NCBI GenBank assembly: GCA_964593365.1
Contig: CAZQGQ010000001.1
Coordinates: forward strand, 244,585-308,584
DNA from: an uncultured Candidatus Saccharibacteria bacterium
Lineage (GTDB): Bacteria; Patescibacteriota; Minisyncoccia; Phycocordibacterales; Phycocordibacteraceae
Direction: 5' to 3'
DNA: 64,000 nt
Under the pieces are notes generated by a model. The model made no database searches and was not told the origin of the DNA. It was given only the letters and a program-made list of their open reading frames with translations. Below, one piece after another: positions 55,976 through 64,000 of the stretch. A program made the translations under genes and the position numbers. The stretch's first letter is position 1; each line of letters begins with the position of its first letter.

Positions 55976-58654
55976 ATGCCTCCATTCAAGAATTTCACCA
56001 CCAAAGCGAAGGAAGCCATCCGGAAGGCTCACGAGCTTGCGATAGAACGCGGTCAAAACCACGTCTCGCCGCTCCACCTTCTGACGGCCCTTATTCACCA
56101 GGAAGAAAGCCTGGTCTTTTCCGTACTCGACCGCATGGATGTCGACACCCTGCTGCTTGCCGACACGATTCTCGAAACCTTGGAGGCTCCAGAGACCTCC
56201 GCGACGCTCTCGCCTTCCTATCAGCTGTATCTCACTCCCGAACTTGCCCAAGCGCTTGAAGCGTCCGGCAAAGTCGCTGCAAAGATGAATGATGCCTTTG
56301 TTGGCACCGAGCACTTGTTCGTAGCGATACTCGAGCACCCGGGACCTGCAGGCGATATCATCCAGCGTTTCAAGATTGACGGCGCAACGACGCTCACGCT
56401 CTTGAAGGAGCTGAAGAATGCGAAGGATGGACAGGTGGTTGAGCCGAAGCGATTCCGCGCGCTCGCCAAATACACGCGAAACCTCACCAAGCTTGCAAGC
56501 GAGAGCGTGCTTGATCCGGTCATCGGTCGTGATCAGGAGATTTACCGCGTCATCCAGATCCTTTCGCGCCGCACCAAGAACAACCCGGTCCTTATCGGAG
56601 AGGCAGGAGTTGGAAAGACCGCTATCGCCGAAGGGCTTGCCGCTCGCATCGCGGTAGGAGATGTTCCTGAGTCTCTTAAGAACAAGGAACTGCTATCGCT
56701 TGATCTCGGGCTCATGATCGCAGGCACGAAGTATCGCGGAGAATTCGAGGAGCGCATGAAGAGTGTCATGAAAGAAGTGGAGCGCGCCGAAGGGAAAGTG
56801 ATTCTCTTTGTGGATGAGCTTCATACGCTTGTTGGCGCAGGTGCCGCAGAAGGTGCCATGGACGCATCGAACATGCTGAAGCCCGCGCTTGCCCGCGGCG
56901 AGATCCGAATCGTAGGCGCTACGACTCTTAAGGAGTATCAGCAGCATATTGAGAAAGACACAGCGCTTACCCGCCGCTTCCAGCCTATTTTCGTTCAAGA
57001 GCCTTCGGTTGAGGACGCGGTTGCGATCTTGCGCGGCCTTCGCGACAAGTATGAGCTCTTCCACGGCGTGCGCATTACCGACGGAGCCATCGTCTCCGCT
57101 GTCGAGCTCTCGTCCCGCTACATAAGCGATCGATTCCTGCCTGACAAGGCGATCGACCTCATTGATGAGGCCGCATCAGGCCTTCGGATTGCGCTTGAGA
57201 ACAAGCCGCCTCTACTAGAGGAGACTGACCGTAAGATCCGCCGCCTGACTATCGAACGAGAGGCGCTCACCAAAGACGAGCCGAGCGATCACGCAGGGGA
57301 GATCAAGGTGCGCATCAAGGAGATCGATGAGGAAGTCGCAGACCTCAAGGAAAAGACCGGCGAGCTTGATTTGAAGTGGAAGAACGAGAAAGAGGTACTG
57401 CAGATCATCCGTACCTTGAAGTCCGAGCTTGAGAAGCTTCGCGTGCAGTCTGATAACGCTGAAGCGATGGCTGACCTTGGGACAACCGCAGAGATCCGCT
57501 ACGGAAAGATACCGATGATCCAAAAGGAGCTTGAGATAAAGATGAAGCGTCTGAAGACGCTGCAGAAGTCGCGTCGCGTATTGAACGAGGAGGTGACTGA
57601 GACTGAGATCGCGGGAGTCGTCTCGCGCTGGACCGGTATTCCTGTTGCAAAGATGCTTGAGGAGGAAGCCGCCAAGCTCGCTCGTATGGAGGAGGAACTC
57701 CAAGGAGCGGTCATTGGTCAGGATAATGCGGTCAAGGCCATTACAGACGCAGTGAAGCGCTCTCGCGTTGGTATTTCAGACCCGAACCGGCCGATCGGAT
57801 CGTTCCTCTTCCTCGGTCCAACAGGCGTTGGTAAGACGGAGCTCTCACGAAGGCTCGCCGAGTTCATGTTCAATGACACGGACGCGCTTGTCCGCGTTGA
57901 TATGTCTGAGTTTATGGAGAAGCATTCGATTGCGAAGCTTATCGGAGCGCCTCCAGGCTATGTGGGCTACGAAGAAGCTGGCTCATTGACCGAGCGCATT
58001 CGCCATCGCCCGTATGCTGTGATCTTGTTCGACGAGATCGAGAAGGCGCACCCCGAAGTGTTCAACATATTGCTCCAGGTGCTTGATTCTGGACACCTCA
58101 CTGACGGTAAGGGAAGGAAAGTGAACTTTAAGAACACGATCATCGTCTTGACCTCAAACATCGGCGCTGAGTTCATGGATCGCATGGCAGGCATCGGCTT
58201 CAACCAGAGCGGTACTGAAGAGTCTGCTCAGTACGACAAGATTAAGGAGAAGGTCATGGCAGCGCTGAAAGACCACTTCCGCCCTGAATTCTTGAACCGT
58301 CTCGATGACATCATCATGTTCGAGGTCCTCTCTAAGGAGACCCTGATGCGCATCGTCAACAATCAGATCGAGGAAGTGTTGAAGCGCCTCTCACACAAGC
58401 GCATCTCGCTCTCCATCGCACCTGAGGTGAAAGCCTGGCTCGCTGAGGTAGGCTATAACCCCCATTACGGCGCACGGCCTTTGAAGCGCGCCATTCAGGA
58501 CAAGATCCTGAACCCGATCGCGACCCTTATGATCGGCCAGGGCGTCATGGAAGGCGGGAGCGTTACGGTGACCATGAAGGGCGCTGAGCCTCATTTTGAG
58601 GTGCGTAAGAGCGCTGCGAGGGCCAAGCGAAAGGTCGCGGCCTCGGTTGCCTAA
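55976..58654 (+). CDS. clpB: Chaperone ClpB
   Basis: Two AAA+ modules ([16 protein letters not shown]), long coiled-coil middle domain, GARPLKR. Confidence 0.93.
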   Translation: MPPFKNFTTKAKEAIRKAHELAIERGQNHVSPLHLLTALIHQEESLVFSVLDRMDVDTLLLADTILETLEAPETSATLSPSYQLYLTPELAQALEASGKVAAKMNDAFVGTEHLFVAILEHPGPAGDIIQRFKIDGATTLTLLKELKNAKDGQVVEPKRFRALAKYTRNLTKLASESVLDPVIGRDQEIYRVIQILSRRTKNNPVLIGEAGVGKTAIAEGLAARIAVGDVPESLKNKELLSLDLGLMIAGTKYRGEFEERMKSVMKEVERAEGKVILFVDELHTLVGAGAAEGAMDASNMLKPALARGEIRIVGATTLKEYQQHIEKDTALTRRFQPIFVQEPSVEDAVAILRGLRDKYELFHGVRITDGAIVSAVELSSRYISDRFLPDKAIDLIDEAASGLRIALENKPPLLEETDRKIRRLTIEREALTKDEPSDHAGEIKVRIKEIDEEVADLKEKTGELDLKWKNEKEVLQIIRTLKSELEKLRVQSDNAEAMADLGTTAEIRYGKIPMIQKELEIKMKRLKTLQKSRRVLNEEVTETEIAGVVSRWTGIPVAKMLEEEAAKLARMEEELQGAVIGQDNAVKAITDAVKRSRVGISDPNRPIGSFLFLGPTGVGKTELSRRLAEFMFNDTDALVRVDMSEFMEKHSIAKLIGAPPGYVGYEEAGSLTERIRHRPYAVILFDEIEKAHPEVFNILLQVLDSGHLTDGKGRKVNFKNTIIVLTSNIGAEFMDRMAGIGFNQSGTEESAQYDKIKEKVMAALKDHFRPEFLNRLDDIIMFEVLSKETLMRIVNNQIEEVLKRLSHKRISLSIAPEVKAWLAEVGYNPHYGARPLKRAIQDKILNPIATLMIGQGVMEGGSVTVTMKGAEPHFEVRKSAARAKRKVAASVA

Positions 58655-58682
58655 CCGCCGTCGCTCTGGTAAGGTTGCCCTC

Positions 58683-58841
58683 ATGTCACAAGATCGCCTT
58701 AAGAAGATGAAGTCGACGGCCTCAAACCACGTCTACTTCACATCCAAGAACAAGAAGCTTGACCGTAAGCTCGAATTCAAGAAGTACGACCCGACTCCGG
58801 GCGTCCAGAAACGAGTTATTTACAAGGAAGGAAAGAAGTAA
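58683..58841 (+). CDS. rpmG: 50S ribosomal protein bL33
   Basis: YFTSKNKK..RKLEFKKYDP.....YKE. Confidence 0.9.
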   Translation: MSQDRLKKMKSTASNHVYFTSKNKKLDRKLEFKKYDPTPGVQKRVIYKEGKK

Positions 58842-58872
58842 GAAAAGCCCCGCCTAAAGCGGGGATTTTCTT
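58840..58872 (+). terminator. Terminator after rpmG
   Basis: AAGAAAAGCCCCGC-CTAAA-GCGGGGATTTTCTT. Confidence 0.75.
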
Positions 58873-58901
58873 TTGACAGGGCAGAGCCTATTTCGTATAA
58901 G
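58873..58901 (+). promoter_or_regulatory. Sigma70-type promoter
   Basis: TTGACA-N17-TATAAG. Confidence 0.6.
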
Positions 58902-58950
58902 TATGAATGGTGTGTAGTACGGTTCCTGCATTACCGCGAGGATAACTCAA

Positions 58951-59079
58951 ATGTCACCCATGGGTGTAGTAGGCCTCATCGGATTGGTCGTTCTTGCCTT
59001 CTTCGCGCTGAACGAATTGTTTAAGTGGGACGTGAGGCGTAATAACGACATCAATCGCAGATCCCGTGACGATGACTGA
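58951..59079 (+). CDS. 42-aa single-TM small protein (below the ORF track cutoff)
   Basis: MSPMGVVGLIGLVVLAFFALNELFKWDVRRNNDINRRSRDDD*; GAGGA SD, upstream promoter, downstream hairpin at about 59098-59130. Confidence 0.55.
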   Translation: MSPMGVVGLIGLVVLAFFALNELFKWDVRRNNDINRRSRDDD

Positions 59080-59148
59080 TCGGGTCTGCAAAATGCAAAA
59101 GCGCCGCTTGGAGCAATCCGAGCGGCGTTTCGCTTTCTAGAAAAGTGA

Positions 59149-59176
59149 GCGGGCTCTATGGGACGAGATTCGAACG
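59149..59176 (-). repeat. Diverged copy of the cassette repeat (21/28)
   Basis: Minus strand CGTTCGAATCTCGTCCCATAGAGCCCGC, overlapping the NUDIX stop. Confidence 0.75.
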
Positions 59177-59683
59177 TTTGGTCCACTGGATTAACTCTGA
59201 GAATATCTGAGGATTAGCCCCCACAAACTCATCCGGCACCTCAACAAGTTCTTTTTCGAGCTTACTCCAATGTACCCAACGTACTGCAGCGACCTCTTCT
59301 TCTTGAGGTCTCAGTGCTTCGAGAGAGATATCAATCTTAGCCATGAACCATTGTCGCATTCGCCTATTGCTAGGCTTACCAACAATTTCCTTGTTTCCAA
59401 GCTCTAATTGCTCGGATCGTACATCGAGGTTTAATTCTTCCTTAGCCTCTTTCTGAACATTGCTTTCATAGCTTTCGTTCTCATTTACAGTTCCTGCAGC
59501 CGCAGGACCCCATTTACCAGGAGCATGTTTTTTAGTCAGTGCTCGTTGGGCAAGCAAAACTTCTCCGTTTGAATTTGAGACCCACAAAGCGGAGGATCGA
59601 TGAATTTCTCCCTCCTCCCACTTATCGCGCTCGCAGATGCGGACGAAATTATCATTCTCGTCAACAATAATAACCTTTTCCAT
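59156..59683 (-). CDS. NUDIX hydrolase (IDI-like), AT-rich
   Basis: LLAQRA..K..PG.W..AAG.V...ESY.....KE.KEEL. Confidence 0.9.
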   Translation of the reverse strand: MEKVIIVDENDNFVRICERDKWEEGEIHRSSALWVSNSNGEVLLAQRALTKKHAPGKWGPAAAGTVNENESYESNVQKEAKEELNLDVRSEQLELGNKEIVGKPSNRRMRQWFMAKIDISLEALRPQEEEVAAVRWVHWSKLEKELVEVPDEFVGANPQIFSELIQWTKRSNLVP

Positions 59684-59711
59684 ACAGGGAATTTACCACA
59701 CGGTTCGAAGG

Positions 59712-59782
59712 CGGGCCCACGAGGAATCGAACCTCGGCCGACGGTTTTGGAGACCGACGTTCTACCATTAAACTATGGGCCC
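59712..59782 (-). tRNA. tRNA-Trp (CCA)
   Basis: GGGCCCA/TGGGCCC acceptor; loop CTCCAAA. Confidence 0.94.
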
Positions 59783-59857
59783 GTACGGCAAACCTTAGCA
59801 GAGAAGCAGGCTGTGGGCAAAACGCCTTTTTGATTCTAGATACCTTATACTAGGCGC

Positions 59858-60808
59858 ATGCGAACGCTACGCGTCTTTCTCCCGTTTTTACTTGTCGGTA
59901 TCCTAGCACTTGCTCCTCTTGGGGCATCTGCCGGATTGACCCAAATCATCCCGACCGGCTGCTACTGCGAAGGCGGTGCTCCTGATTGGGGATGCGCTCT
60001 CCAAGTAGTGCAGAACGTCATGAACCTCGCCATCGCGATCGGATTCATGATATTCGTGCTCGCGCTTGTCTATGCCGGACTTACGTTCATCGCAAGCCCG
60101 ATCAGCGCGAAGGGGCGCGAACTCGGGAAAACGATTCTCATGAACTCAGTAGTCGGGCTCGTGATCATGCTCTGCGCATGGCTTCTCGTCGACTTTGTCA
60201 TGAAGGCGCTCTACAACGAAGACGCAAGCGCGGCAGGTATCGAGCGACTTGGTCCATGGAACAGCATTCTCGGCGCAGGTGGACGTGCGTGCCTCTTGCA
60301 GCGCGACCCACCAGCAGGTCTTCCAGGCACCAGTAGCGTTGATGCAACGAGTGGAATCACTGGTCAGACAGGACAAGCAAGCCAGATCAAAGCTTTTTAT
60401 GAAGCGGCGCAAAGCGCAGGGCTTAGTGCTGTCTATGAAGTTCGAACCAGTGGGCGAAAGCAGGAACTCGTGAGCGCTGGTGTTCCTGCTGCCGCAATTA
60501 CAGCAGTTTCCTATATAACAGGAGAGCACTTCTCAGTGTATTCAGGCGGAGGCTGCGGAGGACAAGCGTCTTCTCAGCTGAAGACAAACCCGTCTTGCAC
60601 CAACTGCCAGCAGATCACAGGACCTACCTGCAAGAGTTCTAGCAGCTGCACCATTACTGCGTCAGTAAATAGTGCACTCAACTCAATCCCGCAGACAAAC
60701 GTAGAGATAGGCAGCTGGCGCGTGACAGAAGCCTTTCCTCCAACGACACAGGCGCACAATTGCAGCTGCCACTACACCGGTACTTGCGTCGACGTCGGGT
60801 TCTTCTAA
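59858..60808 (+). CDS. VirB2/TrbC-like pilin fused to a Cys-rich C-terminal domain
   Basis: YAGL.FI.S....RELGKTILMNSVVGLVIML.AWLLV; tail WRVTEA.PP...H.CSCHYTG.CVD. Confidence 0.7.
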   Translation: MRTLRVFLPFLLVGILALAPLGASAGLTQIIPTGCYCEGGAPDWGCALQVVQNVMNLAIAIGFMIFVLALVYAGLTFIASPISAKGRELGKTILMNSVVGLVIMLCAWLLVDFVMKALYNEDASAAGIERLGPWNSILGAGGRACLLQRDPPAGLPGTSSVDATSGITGQTGQASQIKAFYEAAQSAGLSAVYEVRTSGRKQELVSAGVPAAAITAVSYITGEHFSVYSGGGCGGQASSQLKTNPSCTNCQQITGPTCKSSSSCTITASVNSALNSIPQTNVEIGSWRVTEAFPPTTQAHNCSCHYTGTCVDVGFF

Positions 60809-61635
60809 GACGTTTCCTTAAGTTTCCTGATCCACGCTTCCTGACGCCTTGCGTACTGGAAAAGCTTTGCTGAAAGTGCATCAAGAAGCGAAAATTCCTC
60901 GCGTTCTCCTCGCAGATATTCGCCAACAATTCGGTACTCAAGTCCAAGCTCGTTCAAGCGAGCGTCTCCGACGTACTCTCGCACCCGTTTCACTTCGTTA
61001 ATAAGTCCTTTGGCGAGAGTCTCGGTTAGACGTGCGACTATTCGTTCTCGTATCTCGTCTCTTGTAGGAGTAAGCACGATCCACTCAACTGCATAAGGGG
61101 GCTTCTCACCTCGTTCCGGCACACTCCCATGCTGCTTGATGACCTCGAGCGCCCGTACCAATCTCCTTCGGTTGTTTGGATCTAGTTCGCCTGCGCGTCG
61201 CGGGTCAACACGTTCAATCTCCGTAAACAGTTCTTCATCTGAAAGCTCCTCAAGATCATCTCGAAGCTCAAGATCCATAGGAGTTTCAAGCGGCAGCCCG
61301 TTTATAAGGGCGTCGAAATAGAAGTGACTGCCACCCGCAAGGATAGGCACCTTCCCGCGCGCACTTATCTCCTGTATCAGGCGCTTAGCGTCAACGACAA
61401 AATCCCCTGCGCTGTAGCTTTCTTTGGGGTCACGGATATCAATCAGGTGATGAGGAACACCTTGCATCTCTTCTGTGTTGATCTTCTCAGTGCCAATATC
61501 AAGCATGCGGTACACCTGCCGGGAGTCGACAGAGATGACTTCGCCATCGCGTTCCTTAGCAAGCGCGATCGCCCGGGAAGACTTCCCAGAGGCCGTAGGG
61601 CCGATCACGCAGATGATGGGGAGTTTTCTGTCCAT
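60805..61635 (-). CDS. miaA: tRNA dimethylallyltransferase
   Basis: GPTASGKS, DSRQVY..LDIGT.K, PHHLID, RRLVRALE, YARRQ..W. Confidence 0.95.
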   Translation of the reverse strand: MDRKLPIICVIGPTASGKSSRAIALAKERDGEVISVDSRQVYRMLDIGTEKINTEEMQGVPHHLIDIRDPKESYSAGDFVVDAKRLIQEISARGKVPILAGGSHFYFDALINGLPLETPMDLELRDDLEELSDEELFTEIERVDPRRAGELDPNNRRRLVRALEVIKQHGSVPERGEKPPYAVEWIVLTPTRDEIRERIVARLTETLAKGLINEVKRVREYVGDARLNELGLEYRIVGEYLRGEREEFSLLDALSAKLFQYARRQEAWIRKLKETS

Positions 61636-61687
61636 GCGTGGGATGCTATCATGCGCTCATCATCTTTGTCAGGATAAGCTTATATCT

Positions 61688-62353
61688 ATGAGTACAAACG
61701 GAAAAAAGAGCAACTACTGTGAGCACTGTGGGGATTTCCACGATCCGGTGCAGGAGTATGTGTCGCAGGTCAAAGTCGGGGAAATTGTTCCTGACTTTCA
61801 GTTCGAGGCGTACCAAAACGATGAGACCAAGACCTTGAAGTTCTCGGATTATCGAGGGAAGTGGATCGTCGTCGTATTTTATCCAGCAGACTTCACCTTC
61901 ATCTGCCCGACCGAGCTTGAGGAAATGGCCAAGCTCTATCCGCAATTCAAGGAAATCAACACGGAAGTGATTTCATTCTCAACCGATACGGTCTTCACCC
62001 ATAAGGCCTGGCATGACACCTCGCCTGCGATAAAGCAGATCGGCTACCCGATGGGAGCGGATCCTGCTGGAAAGATTGCACATGCTTTCGGTGTCCTCAT
62101 TGAGGGAGACGGCATCGAGATGGTAGAAGACGAAGGGCTTTCGATGCGCGGAACATTCATCATCGATCCAGCCGGCATCCTCCGAGCGATGGAGATAAAT
62201 CACAACAGCGTCGGGCGAACCGCGCGTGAGACCTTCCGTAAAGTGCAGGCAGCTCAGTTTGTCGAGAAGAACGAAGGCCAGGTATGTCCGGCTTCATGGG
62301 AACCGGGAGACGATACGCTTGAACCGGGGATGGGCTTGGTAGGGAAGATATAA
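61688..62353 (+). CDS. ahpC: Peroxiredoxin AhpC
   Basis: FYPADFTFICPTE, RGTFIIDP, VCPASW. Confidence 0.93.
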   Translation: MSTNGKKSNYCEHCGDFHDPVQEYVSQVKVGEIVPDFQFEAYQNDETKTLKFSDYRGKWIVVVFYPADFTFICPTELEEMAKLYPQFKEINTEVISFSTDTVFTHKAWHDTSPAIKQIGYPMGADPAGKIAHAFGVLIEGDGIEMVEDEGLSMRGTFIIDPAGILRAMEINHNSVGRTARETFRKVQAAQFVEKNEGQVCPASWEPGDDTLEPGMGLVGKI

Positions 62354-62393
62354 AAAGAGTGCGACGGTCGTAGGGACCGCCGCGTTCTTTAGC

Positions 62394-62624
62394 CTACGTG
62401 CTCGTTAAGAGCTCGTAGAGGCCTATGTGGTAGATGGTGACGAGCGTGAATGCTCCGTGCGGTTCTGCGGTTAAGGCGTGCTGGACACACAGATCCTGTT
62501 CGACATCGTCTGGGAAGCAGACGCAGCCGTTTGGAGTACTGAAATGACCAACCGCGATATCTCCGCATCCAAACCTACAAGGAACTTCTTTCGTATCGAC
62601 GGGGATTCCGTTGACGTCTACCAT
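62394..62624 (-). CDS. Small Cys/His-rich orphan protein
   Basis: C..GC, GC.C, LC.QH; TATACT box and GAGGTG SD upstream. Confidence 0.55.
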   Translation of the reverse strand: MVDVNGIPVDTKEVPCRFGCGDIAVGHFSTPNGCVCFPDDVEQDLCVQHALTAEPHGAFTLVTIYHIGLYELLTST

Positions 62625-62667
62625 TGGAACACCTCTCTTTCCAGGAATTCAGTATAGCAAACCAAGC

Positions 62668-63612
62668 TTAGCGGTTGCGTCGGAGCGTTGTCTCGAGGGT
62701 CTTTCGAATATCCGTTGGAAGGGATGCGAGCGTGAGGCGGGTGCGTTCGGCAATGTCTCCTGAGTATAGGCTAGAGAAAGGTATGCCTACGTCAGCGCGC
62801 ACCATCCGATCGATATAGGGAAGTGAAAGTGCGCGAAGGCCTTTAAGCTTCTTCACCTTCTCGTTGCTCAGCGTTGCCGCAATGCCAACGACGCTACCTG
62901 CGTACGTGACGGGTGCGCCAGAGATCCCAGATTGCCCTGCTTTAGACGGAGCGAGGAATAGCACGTCAGAATACGGGCGATCGAAAGAACGGATCTCAGA
63001 GATGGTAGTCGTGGCGGTAAGCGTTGCGAGCTTCTTGTCTACTTCTTTGTAATCAAGATTTTCTGCCGGATATCCCGTGATTGCGACTGTCTCTCCTGCC
63101 GTAAGGCTGTTAACGGTTTCGAGGCTCGCAAGCGGGACAAAGGGGAAGTGCGCAGGGAGATCTCCCTTCTTTGCTTTAGTGACCTGGAGAAGCGCGAAGT
63201 CTCGTTGGCTTGAGCCCGAGCCTTCACTCTTGTTTGCAACTGAACTGATATAGGAATCTAGCCACTTCGGAGAGATGTAGATAAGCGAAGCGACGTACTG
63301 GTCGCGCGCAGGCGAGCCCGTGCGCACGCTGCAATTTACTTTGCTTTTACCGGTGCCTTCGGTAAGCAGGTGGTATTGGCCCACATGGGCATTGGTGAGA
63401 ATAACGCCCTTATCGTTAATGAATACTCCGGACCCAGTCGTCAGATAGCTTGCACCTCCAAGTTTGACTCGGCAAATAATGTTAACGGTTGCTTCTGCAA
63501 TGGGGTCTTTGGGAGCTACCGCCTTTGTTTTGCTTGCTGCGTGGACCGGAACCGCGGTCGTAATGACAGCAACAAAAAGCAGAGCCGATGCAATGCGAAG
63601 AAAGATATTCAT
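62668..63612 (-). CDS. Secreted trypsin-like serine protease
   Basis: GSGV, LTNAHV, DFALL, GYP, GISGAPV. Confidence 0.85.
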   Translation of the reverse strand: MNIFLRIASALLFVAVITTAVPVHAASKTKAVAPKDPIAEATVNIICRVKLGGASYLTTGSGVFINDKGVILTNAHVGQYHLLTEGTGKSKVNCSVRTGSPARDQYVASLIYISPKWLDSYISSVANKSEGSGSSQRDFALLQVTKAKKGDLPAHFPFVPLASLETVNSLTAGETVAITGYPAENLDYKEVDKKLATLTATTTISEIRSFDRPYSDVLFLAPSKAGQSGISGAPVTYAGSVVGIAATLSNEKVKKLKGLRALSLPYIDRMVRADVGIPFSSLYSGDIAERTRLTLASLPTDIRKTLETTLRRNR

Positions 63613-63642
63613 GCGAGCGAGTATAGCATCACTCGTAACGGG

Positions 63643-63724
63643 TGCCGGGGGAGAGACTCGAACTCTCAAGCCTTGCGGCGGTGGGTTTTGAATCCACTGC
63701 GGTTACCAATTTCGCCACCCCGGC
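63643..63724 (-). tRNA. tRNA-Leu (CAA)
   Basis: GCCGGGG/CCCCGGC acceptor; loop TTCAAAA; variable arm. Confidence 0.92.
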
Positions 63725-63792
63725 GTGCGTTCCAGCCTATCATTTTGCACAAAGTTTTTCATCCTCGACGCATCGCATGCTATATTTTCTGC

Positions 63793-64000
63793 ATGAGTGA
63801 ATCAAAGTACGGCGAGCCAACCAAATACGACTCGGTCTTCTGGATCGAGGTTGATCGTATTTCTCCTAACCCGTACCAACCGCGCCGCGAATTCGACGAA
63901 GATCGTCTCCGGGGACTTGCCGAATCCATCCGCCAGTACGGCGTGCTGCAGCCGCTTGTCGTTACCCGAACAGAGATAGAGCGCCCTGACGGAGGCCTCG
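63793..64000 (+). CDS. parB: ParB/Spo0J partition protein (3' partial)
   Basis: I.PNPYQPRREFD...L..LAESIRQYGVLQPLVV. Confidence 0.92.
   Translation, partial: MSESKYGEPTKYDSVFWIEVDRISPNPYQPRREFDEDRLRGLAESIRQYGVLQPLVVTRTEIERPDGGL

Noticed and set aside
1027-63979. Numerous antisense and alternate-frame ORFs in the ORF track
   Set aside because: Shadow ORFs of well-supported genes in moderately GC-rich DNA, with no recognisable motifs.
1-64000. Alternative genetic code (UGA read as Gly or Trp)
   Set aside because: Core genes are full length under code 11, and several end in TGA (7153, 27341, infB, lepB).

Overview
64 kb of a small-genome bacterium with standard genetic code, most consistent with Patescibacteria (CPR, Parcubacteria-like). 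This rests on a short IF2 and ValRS, a VirB2/TrbC-like pilin array, a degenerate HisRS paralogue and no biosynthetic genes in the window. It holds housekeeping genes (murJ, lepA, valS, tsaC/tsaD, truB, ftsA/ftsZ, ybeY, rpsU, lepB, pth, rpsA, gyrA, rbfA, infB, clpB, rpmG, miaA, ahpC, partial parB), RNase P RNA and 12 tRNAs. The main unexplained signal is a 28-bp direct repeat (GGTTCCAACATCGTCCCAGACAGCCAGC) found four times at 37229-39622, each 0-11 nt after the stop of an AT-rich accessory gene. Diverged copies sit at the 3' ends of two other AT-rich genes (45396; 59149-59176 on the minus strand). This looks like a recombination-site-delimited gene cassette array that is neither CRISPR nor a classical attC integron. 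Other signals: a hairpin-rich intergenic region with an SRP helix-8-like motif but a non-GNRA loop (41015-41325); pervasive near-leaderless gene starts, contrasting with small orphan genes carrying SD sequences; six tandem plus one solo pilin-like genes with Cys-rich variable domains; and a 30-aa acidic peptide behind an ATP-grasp ligase. All calls come from reading the sequence; no searches or folding were run.
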